A DNA stretch of 64,000 nucleotides from Antedon mediterranea (Eukaryota; Animalia; Echinodermata): assembly GCF_964355755.1 (NCBI RefSeq), contig NC_092671.1, positions 33,986,304-34,050,303 of the forward strand, given 5' to 3'. Below the pieces are notes generated by a model. The model saw nothing but the letters and a program-made list of their open reading frames with translations, was not told where the DNA came from and did not search any database. The stretch's first letter is position 1, and each line of letters opens with the position of its first letter. Shown one piece after another: positions 52,754 to 64,000 of the stretch. Made by a program: the position numbers and the translations under genes.

Positions 52754-55700
52754 TTACAAAAATTGAAGATCGGTAATACACCCAAAACTATTAGCAGAAT
52801 AATTCACACGACATGGCAAATTAACGTTGAAATCAAAATGTAGATCTTCTGGTATTTGTAGTAGAGAATCATTTTCCATGTACATGTCAACAGGATACCT
52901 GCAATCAAAACAATCATTATAATAATCAAAATAGATATAAAATGTAATATTTTAAAGATGCATTGTCCCCCAAATACATGAAAAATTATTAGAAAAAAAA
53001 ATTATTAACATTAGACTTTAATGAAAGTAATCACTTTCATAAAAAAAAGAAGAAACAAAATCTTCACATCTTAACCAAAAGCAACCATTTTGACTATTTT
53101 TGCCTTAAATTATGGTATTTTTAGGTAAATAACTTTTTTCACCAATTTCATTAAACTATTATTTCATATTAAAATGACATATTGAACACAATTTTTTTTG
53201 GAAAAATTATTTTTTCAAAGTCAATTATATCACAATCACCAAATATAATATAAACAATTTAAACAATACAAAAAAGTACATACCCATCACTTTCATCTCC
53301 TACAGCCACAATTACACCATCAACTGAATTAACTCCGCCAGCCTACAGCACAAAAAAATCAAATGAAATATATTGAACATTGGTTATGATTTAATACACA
53401 TATAAAATAACCTTATCTACAACATATACACAACTAATTGATATTTATCTCTCACAAAAATAACCTAAATATAAAACAATATACAAATATTATGTTTTTT
53501 TATTCCTTTTTTGAGTTAAGACAACACTATCACACATTACTTTCAAACAACCTATAAATAATTTCTAACAAAATATTCCAATGTTTCAATATGACTTCCC
53601 AAGCTATTGATAGATATTGGCACTATAATACTTTCTATACATTTATTCAATATGATATCAATGTTGTTTTCATTCTAAAAACAAAACCACTGTTACATAT
53701 TCATTTACCAAAAAGTAATAAAAAAAAATGCATACCTCCAACACTGTTGATGGAGTACTTCTCAACTCTTTGTCTTCCATTACTAGTGCTGATAGGGTTA
53801 GTTCTTGATTTTTCATATCACTTGACACATTTGAGGCGGTCTCCCCCCACAAAACTACGTCGATACAATTATCTGGGCTACTGCCTAATGTCAACAATCT
53901 TCTTTTATACTTTGGTGTTTCGTAAAGTTCACCAACCTAAACCAACCAAAAAAACAACAAAGGCATGTGATGTTAAAACTGGTGCTATATTATATATTTT
54001 TGGGTTTCTTTTAATCTAGTAATTGATTATTAAAATTATATTACCAAATTAACAATTTTCAAATTATAATAGACCTACACTAATAGTCTAATAGTTTATA
54101 ATTATAATTTAAGTAATTTATACTACTGGTGAATATCTATACATTACTTTAATATGATAAACAACAAATGTTTATTTATCATATTCCATCATATTGCATA
54201 GTAAAACTGATTAATGAGTATCTAAATAAAGCATCCTAATATGATAATATAAATTCATTCATCCTCAAGTCTAAACAAAGTACGAAAGTTATAACTGTTC
54301 ATAACGTCGCTAGTTCCTTTAAGCACCTGTTTTTATTTCAACTTCAAACTTGTTAAGTAACTTATTATAAATACCACACCTTACAATTGAGGCTCAAAGT
54401 ACTTGTATGAAGAATCACATAAAAAGTAACAAATAAAATGTTTTAATGATTTTACTAACGTGTAAATTTCGAATTTTGTATACACAAACTTCAATATTTT
54501 CGTTTATATGGAGCACCAAAAGAGAAACTATAATAGAGGTTTAAAACTCAGTGGAATGCGTCTACTTTTTATGCATCTATTTATGAAATACACGTTTTGA
54601 TTTCCATTTTTTTTCCCAATAAAAATGTTGTAACATGTTACTTCTGAGAATGTACTGTTTTCAAAAAACATTAACCGACCCTAAATCAGCATAACTAATT
54701 AGTCTATGCCCGGGACTAAGACTAAAAAGTATATTATGTAAATCATTGAGGTATATAAACCTCAGTACACCTTATTATTATGAATTTGTCGATTTTTATT
54801 CTTCAAAGTTAATAAAGAGTAACATTTTAGTTGTATTGAAATTGACTAAATTGTTTTGAAATTGAACGTAATTTTCATCAATAGATGTATTAAACATACG
54901 AATTCCACTGATTTTTTTAGCCCTATATTATAGTTGCTTTTTTGGCGCTCCATAGAAATGTCAATTAGGGAAATTTACAAATCATGTGCAAAAAACACGT
55001 CTGAAAATCACTCAATTTAAAGGATTTATTTGTTACTTTTCCTTAACAAATTTAGAGTCGAAATAAAAGTAAGGTACGAAACGAAACTAGCTCATAATTT
55101 CACAACTGTGCTATAAGCCTAATCCCAGATTAAATCAAAAGAAAATGTTACCTTCATTACTGTCCCATTCAAAGATAGCCTCGTTTTCTTCGGGCTTCCC
55201 CTAGCTGCTGACATTGACACTGTCGGTGGTCTGATAAAATTACGAACAACTTCTATATTAACATCAAAATCAGCAATGTTTGTCAAAACCTTAAAATCAC
55301 AAAAGAAAAAGTTTGGTTAAAATAAAATATATATACACCTACCACAGTTTCGTAATTTCTTACTTCAATTTGTACTTGAACAGAAAATTGTATTTACAAA
55401 GCAGAATTTACAATTAACCTATACTGGCAATATGACATAGACCTAACACTCAGAAGAATTATACTCAATCATAATTTTGTCAATTTAAATGTTTTTTTAA
55501 TGTTATAAACAATAGCCTAGGCTACAAATTGCAAATTTCATGACAAAATTTAAATAAACAATCAATGAGTAAATTAATTTATAATAAACAATTTCTTCTC
55601 CCTATTCTGTTAATAACGTCTGTTTATTATTTATTATTCAATTGTTATCAACTGGTTTCTAAATCTAATTAAATGACATTGTATTATAATTGTTATCATG

Positions 55701-56097
55701 GATCATAATTATATATAAGTACCGTTTTAGTTTTTTAAGAACAATAGTGACGCACGGATTCTATTTTATATCAACATAGACATAGACCTATTAAATAAAC
55801 AATAATAATAATAATAATTTAATAAAAAATACATTAATTGCATACCTTAGATTTGTCTGTTAATTTCAACGAATTATTATCAAGGCTCGGTTTCACTTCG
55901 GTTATCATAACCTTTGTTCCCACTTCTAAGTTATATAACCGTTCTGCTACTACACTTTCTGTCTCATTTATAAAGCAATTCCTTACTTCTGTATCGCCAC
56001 ATTCCAATACTGAACCAACACCGAAGGATCTCCGCCCCTTGGAAGATTCCCTCCTTTCGAATTTTTCGACTATGTAAATCTTCCGTACTTTCGACAT
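52754..56097 (-). CDS. Five-exon gene for a ~264-aa tandem OB-fold, RPA/SSB-like ssDNA-binding protein
   Basis: Exons 56097-55846 (252 nt), 55289-55152 (138), 53936-53736 (201), 53342-53284 (59) and 52898-52754 (145). All introns are GT-AG with compatible phases and there are no internal stops. Protein: MSKVRKIYIVEK...LKLTDKSK|VLTNIADFDV...RLSLNGTVMK|VGELYETPKYKRRLLTLGSSPDNCIDVVLWGETA...LRSTPSTVLE|AGGVNSVDGVIVAVGDESDG|YPVDMYMEND...ITDLQFL*. The GxVxxVG..LTL....IxVxLWGExA pattern is RPA70-OB-like. Confidence 0.8.
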
Positions 56098-56184
56098 CCT
56101 TTCCCAACACCTTGACTTTACATTGACTTTCCAACTAACTACTTTACTCTATCTTAACTTTTATGCAACAACGTCATATATGGA

Positions 56185-56380
56185 AATTTTTAACCAATCA
56201 AATACTCAATATAAAAATAAAGTGCGCATGTTCAGTCATTACCAAATAACTAAATACCCAATCACAACATAAAATATATCACATTTACCCCCGTCCAATT
56301 TTTTTTTCCATGACGAACGTGGGTAATTTACATAAATGGGCGTGGCTTAACCCGAACTACTCTCGCGCATGCGCGTATTG
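56185..56380 (-). promoter_or_regulatory. Putative Pol II promoter of the OB-fold gene
   Basis: Two CCAATCA boxes (~56194, ~56258), a GC/KLF box GGGCGTGGC (56338) and an NRF1-type palindrome GCGCATGCGC (56365), all within 300 bp upstream of the ATG. Partly conserved at 47930-48070. Confidence 0.5.
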
Positions 56381-56611
56381 TCTACTTTCAGCAGACAGAG
56401 GATGCATACATGATACATGTTGACCAGAAGTGAAAAAAAAAACTATGCTAGGTGGCAGCACAAAATACTAGATTTAAATTACTATTTTATATTACATTTT
56501 CATGATTCCTTCAAGTTAAAAATTGAATTAAAAAATAAGTCTCGTAATTTAATCTTTCCTACACTGTATAACATATTTAGAATATTTCATAAATACAGTT
56601 ATATTCTGTTT

Positions 56612-56785
56612 TATACGGTGGCCCACAACTGTCACGCACACTATATAAATCATATTCACACAATTAAGGAAGGAATCACACAATTAAAGAAGAAATCACA
56701 CAATTAAAGAAGGAATCGCATATAAACAAAAGAAAACGTGAAAATATAAAACGAAATGCACAAATAAAGAAGAAACGCGCAAAAA
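56612..56785 (+). repeat. Truncated DNA-transposon-like end with ~20-bp repeats (cacaattaaagaaggaat)
   Basis: TA-CGGTGGCCCAC start followed by about 6 degenerate 20-bp units; abuts the resumed D body. Confidence 0.5.
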
Positions 56786-56788
56786 TAT

Positions 56789-57599
56789 CCATTTCTAATC
56801 AACTTTCTACGCGTTTCAGGGCATTTTAAGCATTTCAAAAATTCCCACGCGTGCGCATTTTTTTACGCGCGCGTGCGCACGTAGCGCAGAAGCATCTTTT
56901 TTTTGCTTGATTTTTGTTTTTTCAGCCTTTTCTAGTAAATTTACCAATTTTCAATCAATTTCGACTTAAAATCACGTCATACGAGCACGTAGAATTGAAC
57001 AATTTGCGCGCGTTTTTGAAGAAAAAGTTCAAAAATTCGTCAAAATTATGCCTTTTTTAAAACAGTCATAGATTGTAAACTACGAGGTGAACTTTTTTTA
57101 AATTACACATTCTGTAAGTTGATGAGTTGTAGATATCGAATCATGCATCGATATGGCTAACAGGACATAGTGACGTCATCGTATGGCCACTCAAATATAA
57201 AATATAGGATTTTTGTCTCTTTCGTCATAGCTCATCACATTTAATTGAGCGCATCTCCACTTATCCAAATTCCATTTCCCCCCATTTTTTTATATTGTCT
57301 ATGCCAATCAATTATCTTTCGCATGATATACCGTTTTTAAAATTGTGATGACGTCATCATGTCCAAAAGCGTCAATAACTTGGGCCACTTATTTTTCACA
57401 TATTCTTCACTGTATGTAGTACGTATACAATATATAGTGTATACCGTGTATACTTAGACGTGACGTAAAATAGAGAGCGCACTAACATTTTTTCAATGGC
57501 ATAATGTTTTTCTCTGCGCAATATTCTACCGTATGACGTGCACGTGGCTTTTGCTCTGCGGATAACCTAACTCGTCCGTAGTGACGAGTTCAAATCTAG
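56789..57599 (+). mobile_element. 3' part of a family D body with an intact terminus
   Basis: Ends GCGGATAACC-t-AACTCGTC-cgtagt-GACGAGTT-caaatCTAG. Confidence 0.9.
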
Positions 57600-57601
57600 T
57601 A

Positions 57602-58752
57602 TTTATTTCTTTCCTTACATCCTTCTCCCCCATTTTTTGTGCGCAGCGTATCTCTAATTCTGGCCAACATATGATTGTATAACTTTGTCAAAAGATTGCC
57701 CTGTAGCTGTAGATGTGCAAGAAACTTTTTTTTTCAAATTTCGAGTCGCGCAGCGTAAGTTACGCGCGATTTTGTGAATTTCAATGATTGATCATAGAAT
57801 AAAAACTAAAAGTCGTTTTGTATTGAAACTTGGTGAACATTTAAGTCATATAATGCGCAAAGTTTCTATGGATTAAAAATGGCATGTTTCATAAAAAGTT
57901 ACGCGCGAACGCGTATTTAAAATTTCAAAATGCGAAAAATTAATATCTAATCAACTTTCTACGCGTTTCATGTCATTTTGAGCATTTCAAAAATTCCCAC
58001 GCGTGCGCAATTTTTTTACGCGCACGTGCGCACGTAGCGCAAAAACATCATTTTTTTGATTGATTTTTGTTTTTCCTGTCTTTTTTAGAAAATTTACCAG
58101 CTTTCAAACAATTTCGACTTAAAATCACGTCATACGAGCACGTAGAATTAAACAATTTACGCGCATTTTTGATGAAAAAGTTCAAAAATTTGTCAAAATT
58201 ATGTCTTTTTTTAAACAGTCATAGATTGTAAACTACGAGGTGAACTTTTTTTAAATTACACATTCTGGAAGTTGATGAGATGTAGATATCGAATCATGCA
58301 TCGCTATGGCTAACCGGACATTGTGACGTCATCGTTTGGCCACTCGAATATGAAATATAGGATTTTTGTCTCTTTCGTCTTAGCTCGTCACATTTAATAG
58401 AGCGCATCTCAACTTATCCGTATTCCAATTTCCCCCATTTTTTTATATTGTTTAATTCAATCAATTATCTTTCGCATGATTCACCATTTTTAAAATTGTG
58501 ATGACGTCATCATTTTCAAAAGCGTCAATAACTTTGGTCACTTATTTTCACCTATTCTGCACTGTATGTAGAACGTATACAATATATAGTGTTATACCGT
58601 ATATACTTAGACGTGACGCAAAATAGAGAGCGCACTAACATTTTTTCAATGCCATAATTTTTTTTAGCGCGCAATATTCTAACGTATGACGTGCACGTGG
58701 CTTTTGCGCTGCGGATAACCTAACTCGTCCGTAGTGACGAGTTCAAATCTAG
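57602..58752 (+). mobile_element. Family D body
   Basis: Full body with the same terminus. Confidence 0.9.
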
Positions 58753-58764
58753 TTTTTTTTTTTT

Positions 58765-58808
58765 TTGGTTATCCGCACTTGGCGGATAACCCCTTGTTAT
58801 TGTCAGGA

Positions 58809-58849
<41 letters not shown>

Positions 58850-61218
58850 GTTATCCGCACTTGGCGGATAACCCTTGTTATTGTCAGGATCTTTTTTTTT
58901 TTTTTTCTTTTTTTTTTTTTTCTATATTCTTCTTTCTTTCCACGAATTTTGTTGGTCGCATATCTCAAATTCTGGCCAACATAAGATTGTATAACTTTGT
59001 CATACGATTGACTTGTAGCTGTAGATGTGCAAGAAACTTTTTTTTTCAAATTTCGAGTCGCGCAGCGTAAGTTACGCGTGATTTTATGAATTTAAATGAT
59101 TGATCATAGATTAAAAACCAAAAGTCATTTTCTATTGAAACTTGGTGAAAATTTAAGTTATATCATGCGCAAACTTTCTATGGATTAAAAATGACATGTT
59201 TCACATAAAGTTACGCACGCACGCGCGTTCAAAATTTCAAAATGCGCAAAATTCATTTATAATCAACTTTCTACGCGATTCATGTCATTTTGAGCATTTC
59301 AAAAATTCCCACGCGTGCGCAATATTTTTACGCGCGCGTGCGCACGTAGCGCAAAAACATCTTTTTTTGGCTTGATTTTTGTTTTTTCAGCCTTCTCTAG
59401 TAATTTTACCAACTTTCAAACAATTTCGACTTAAAATCACGTCATACGAGCACGTAAAATCGAACAATTTGCGCGCGTTTTTGAAAAACAATTTCAAAAT
59501 TGTGTCAAAATTATACCTTTTTTTGAACATTCATAGATTTTAAACTACATGGTGAATTTTATTTTTGTTTACATATTCTGAAAGTACATGAGTTGTAGAT
59601 ATAGAATCATGCATCGATTAAGCTAACCGGACATTGTGACGTCATCGTTTGGCCACTCAAATATAAAATATAGGATTTTTTTCTCTTTCGTATAGCTTAT
59701 CACATTTAATAGAGCTCATCTCCACTTATCCGTATTCCATTGCCCTCCATTTCTTTATATTGTCTAGGTCAATCAATTATCTTTCGCATGATTCACCATT
59801 TAGAAATTGTGATGACGTCATCATGTCCAAAAGCGTCAATAACTTTGGTCACTTATTTTCACCTATTCTGCACTGTATGTAGAACGTATACAATATATAG
59901 TGTTAAACCGTATATACTTAGACGTGACGCAAAATAGAGAGCGCACTAACATTTTTTCTATGCCATAATTTTTTTTAGCGCACAATATTCTAACGTATGA
60001 CGTGCACGTGGCTTTTGCACTGCGGATAACCTAACTCGTCCGTAGTGACGAGTTCAAATCTAGTTTTTCTATGTTATTCTTCTTTCTTTCCCAAAATTTT
60101 GTGTCACGTGTATCTCAAATTCTGATCAACATTACATCGTATAACTTTGTCAGAAGATTTACCTCTATGTGTAGAAGTGCAGGACAGCTCGTTTTTTTAC
60201 TTTAGAGTCGCGCAGCGTAAGCTACGCGCGATTTTATGAATTTCGCGTATTTAACATAGACTAAAAAGCAAAAGTCATTTTGTAATGACACTTAGTGAAC
60301 ATTTAAGTCATATCAAGGGCAAACTTTCTATGGATTAAAAATGGCATGTTTGACATAAAGTTACGCGCGCACGCGCGTTTAAAATTTCAAATTGCGAAAA
60401 ATTCATTTCTAATCAACTTTCTACGCGTTTCAGGTCATTTTGAGCATTTCAAAAATTCCCACGCATGCGCATATTTTTTACGCGCGCGTGCGCATGTAAC
60501 GCAAAAACGTCTTTTTTTTGCTTGATTTTTGTTTTTTCAGCCTTTTCTAGTACATTTACCAATTTTCAATCAATTTCGACTTAAAATCACGTCATACGAG
60601 CACGTAGAATTGAACAATTTGCGCGCGTTTTTGATGAAAAAGTTCAAAAATTTGTGAAAATTATGCCTTTTTTTAAAAAGTCATAGATTCTAAACTCCGA
60701 GGTGAAAATATTTAAAATTTCAGATTCTGGAAGTAGATGAGTTGTTTTTCTCGAATCATGCATTGATATGGCTAACCAGACATTGTGACGTCATCGTATG
60801 GCCACCCGAATATAAAATATAGGATTTTTTTCTCTTTCGTCATAGCTCGTCAATTTAATAGAGCGCATCTCTACTTATCCTTATTCCATTTCACTCAATT
60901 TTTTTATATTGTCTAGATCAATCAATTACCTTTCGCATGATCCACCATTTTAAAAATTGTGATGACGTCATCATGTTCAAATGCGTCAATAACTTTGGTC
61001 TCTTATTTTCACCTATTCTGCACTGTATGTAGTACGTATACAGTATATAGTGTTATACCGTATATACTTAGACGCGACGCAACATAGAGAGCGCACTAAC
61101 ATTTTTCAATGCCATAATCGTTTTATTTTTTTGCGCGCACTATTCTAACGTATGACGTGCACGTGGCTTTTGCGCTGCGGATAACCTAACTCGTCCGTAG
61201 TGACGAGTTCAAATCTAG
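58765..61218 (+). mobile_element. Two stacked D heads (58765, 58847) followed by two D bodies (58921-60063, 60069-61218)
   Basis: Two copies of GGTTATCCGCACTTGGCGGATAACC + poly-T; two bodies, each ending hairpin-CTAG. Confidence 0.9.
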
Positions 61219-61221
61219 TTT

Positions 61222-62780
61222 ATTATTCTTCTTTCTTTCCGCCACTTTTGTACGCGACGTTTCTCTGCAACGTGTTAACATAACATGTTGTAACTTGGTA
61301 AACCTTTAGACATTTAATTGAAGATGTGCAGCCAAGCTTTTGGACGCTGTCAGAGCCGCGTAGCGTAAGTTACGCGCGATTTTCTGAAAATCTTAAATTG
61401 ATCATAACTTCGAAACCGATAAATATTTTTTAACGTAACTTGCAGCCACGTTTTCTTCACATCAATGGCTAATTTTTTCAATCTTTAGAACATTTTTGGA
61501 CACTAGAAAGTTTGCGCGTAAATTGCGTTTGAAATTTTAAAATGCTCCAAATTTGTACACGCTGTTTCTCTGGAACGCGTAAACATAACATGTTGTAACT
61601 TGGTCAACATATAGACATTTAACTGAAGATGTGCAGCCAAGCTTTTGGACGCTGTCAGAGGCGCGTATCGTAAGTTACGCGCGATTTTCTGAAAATCTTA
61701 AATTGATCATAACTTTGAAACAGATAAATATTTTTTAACGTAATTTTCAGCCACGTTTGCTTTACATTAATTGTTAACTTTTTTATCCCTACCGAATTTT
61801 GTAACATTAGAAAGTGCGTGCGTAAACGGCGTTTGAAATTTTAAAATGCTTCAAATCAATTTCTGATAAAATTAGAGCACGTTTCAGGTCATTTTAAGGG
61901 TTTAAAAATTGCCACTGGTGCGCATATTTTTACGCGCGCACGGCGCAGGGAACGCGTATGAGCTTTTCTTTTACATACATTGTGTTTTTCAAACTTAGGT
62001 TAACAATATTAAGTTATCTTATTCACTTTTCAACTTGAAATGGCGTTCTACGAGCACGTTAAACATGACTGGTAGCGCACGAAAACGTCAACAAATTGTG
62101 AAAATGTTGCAAAATATGTCTACTTTTAAAAGTGATACAGTTCATCAGAATGCAAGGTTACCCCCATTTTTTATTTTATTTTATTACAGTCTATGAATCG
62201 TAGGTCTGATTTATTATAGTGTTGAATGTTAAAACGTGTTTGATTGCTACATTATTTGCATATTAAATATAATTTTCGAAATTTTTATCATCAAACAAAC
62301 AATAACATATTCAAAGAGAAAAACAATAAACATAACGTTTATCTTTTTTCTTTACATGTTAATATATAAAACTTGAAAGTATGCACTTTGCTAATATGTC
62401 ACTGTTTAAAATTTGTGAAGATTTCATCATAGTAAAATTTATGATTTAAGTTTGATATGTAATAATCAACTTGCATCGATGGGATTCACGACATACCGAA
62501 TGAACGAGGACTCTTTCTTCGGATTTTCTTCAGCAGGTGCAAATATGGCTCGATGTGTAGTGCAACCGACTTTGGTATCAGAGGTACCGGGTTCAAATCT
62601 CATCACGGGAAAACAATTAAATAAAAGGATTTGTTTGGTTATTACACTGAAAGGGCAGTTTTAATTTTGAATTGGCTACTTTTTGGAAAAGTCATAACTG
62701 AGAAGTACTTTAATTCGCAAGATACGTTTTGTTGCTGGCGGATAACCAAACTCGTCCTCAAGTGACGAGTTCAGATCTAG
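61222..62780 (+). mobile_element. Family B body without an adjacent head, with an internal ~300-bp 5' duplication
   Basis: Homologous to 11935-13188; ~61255-61550 is repeated at ~61555-61850; B tail at 62780. Confidence 0.9.
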
Positions 62781-64000
62781 TTGGTTATCCGCCTCAAGCG
62801 GATAACCTTTGTTATTGTAGTGTTACTTTTTTTTTTATTGGTTATCCGCCTCAAGCGGATAAGCATTTGTTATTGTAGTGTTACTTTTTTTTTTTTTTTA
62901 TTATTCTTCTTTCTTTCTCAGATGTTGTGCACGCGTTTTCTCTTCAACGTGTTAACATAAAATGTTGTAACTTGGTCAACATTTAGACATTTATCTGAAG
63001 ATGTACAGCCAAGCTTTTGGACGCTGTCAGATCCGCGTAGCGTAAGTCACGCGCGATTTTCTGAAAATCATAAATCGGTCATAACTTCGAAACCGATAAA
63101 TATTTTTTAACGAAATTTTCAGCCACGTTTTCTTCACATCAATGGCTAACTTTTGGAATGTTTAACAAATTTTTGGAGATTAGAAAGTTTTCGCGTAAAT
63201 TGCGTTTGAAATATTTTACTCTTCTTATTTTGTGCACGCTGTTTCTCTTCAACGTGTAAACATAATATGTTGTAACTTATTCAGCATTTAGACATTTTAC
63301 TGAAGTTGTCCAGCCAAGCTTTTTGACGATGTCAGAGCCGCGTAGCGTAAGTTACGCGTGATTTTCTGAAAATCTTAAATTGGTTATAACTTCGAAACAA
63401 ATGAATATTTTTTAACGTCATTTTCAGCCACGTTTGCTTCACATCAATAGTTAACTTTTTTAACGCTACCGCAATTTGTAACATTAGAAAGTGCGCGCGT
63501 AAACGGCGTTTGAAATTTTAAAATGCTTCAAATCAATTTCTGATTAAATTAGAGCACGATTCAGGTCATTTTAAGCGTTTAAAAAATTGCCACTGGTGCG
63601 CACATTTTTACGCGCGCACGGCGCAGGGAACACGTATGAGCATTTATTTTACACGATTTGTGTTTTTAAATCTTCGGTTAACAATTTTACGTTATTTTAT
63701 TCACTTTTCAACTTGAAATGGCGTTCTACGAGCACGTTAAACATGACAGGTTGCGCACGAAAACGTCAACAAATTGTGAAAATGTTCCAAAATATGTCTA
63801 CTTTTAAAAATGAAACAGTTCATCAGAATGCAAGGTTACCCCCATTTTTTATTTTAATTTCTTGCAGTGTATGAATCATAGGTCTGATTTATTATAGTGT
63901 TGAATGCTAAAACGTGTTTGATGGCTACATTATTTGCATATTAAATATAATTTTTGAAATATTTATCATCAAACAAACATAAACTTATTCAAAGAGCAAA
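62781..64000 (+). mobile_element. Two stacked B heads plus a B body running off the window
   Basis: Heads at 62781 and 62838; body from ~62900 with the same kind of internal duplication. Confidence 0.9.

Larger units (their letters stand above)
20076..57599. mobile_element. Putative giant (~37.5 kb) autonomous Helentron bounded by family D termini
   Basis: D head at 20076; the first intact D tail is at 57599. Between them lie the RepHel-APE ORF, an RPA-like gene and satellites. Boundaries are inferred and could extend to 58752. Confidence 0.6.

Noticed and set aside
58720-59070. Poly-Lys / poly-Phe ORFs
   Set aside because: Translations of the poly-T tracts in D heads.

Overview
AT-rich eukaryotic (metazoan, probably marine invertebrate) DNA that is almost entirely transposon-derived. 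34-2839 is a foldback-type element with long terminal inverted repeats. From 5661 to the window end lies a single-orientation cluster of Helentron (Helitron2/HINE/DINE-1-like) elements of four related families (A-D). Each has a 5' palindromic head, a T-rich tract, a body and a 3' subTIR + stem-loop + CTAG tail. Heads and bodies are arranged like nested parentheses, and head SNPs match body SNPs under last-in-first-out pairing, so new copies appear to insert repeatedly into the T tract just behind the head of an earlier copy. Inside the nest is a ~37 kb putative autonomous Helentron with family-D ends. It encodes a 3124-aa protein (TM, PHD, herpes-tegument-like cysteine protease, OTU, HUH Rep, PIF1 helicase, APE endonuclease) and a five-exon, ~264-aa OB-fold/RPA-like gene that the ORF track misses. 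It also holds pseudogene and inverted copies of that gene, and satellites carrying splice-site-flanked micro-exons. Families A and B carry a tRNA-like Pol III cassette. All calls are by eye; no database searches were run.
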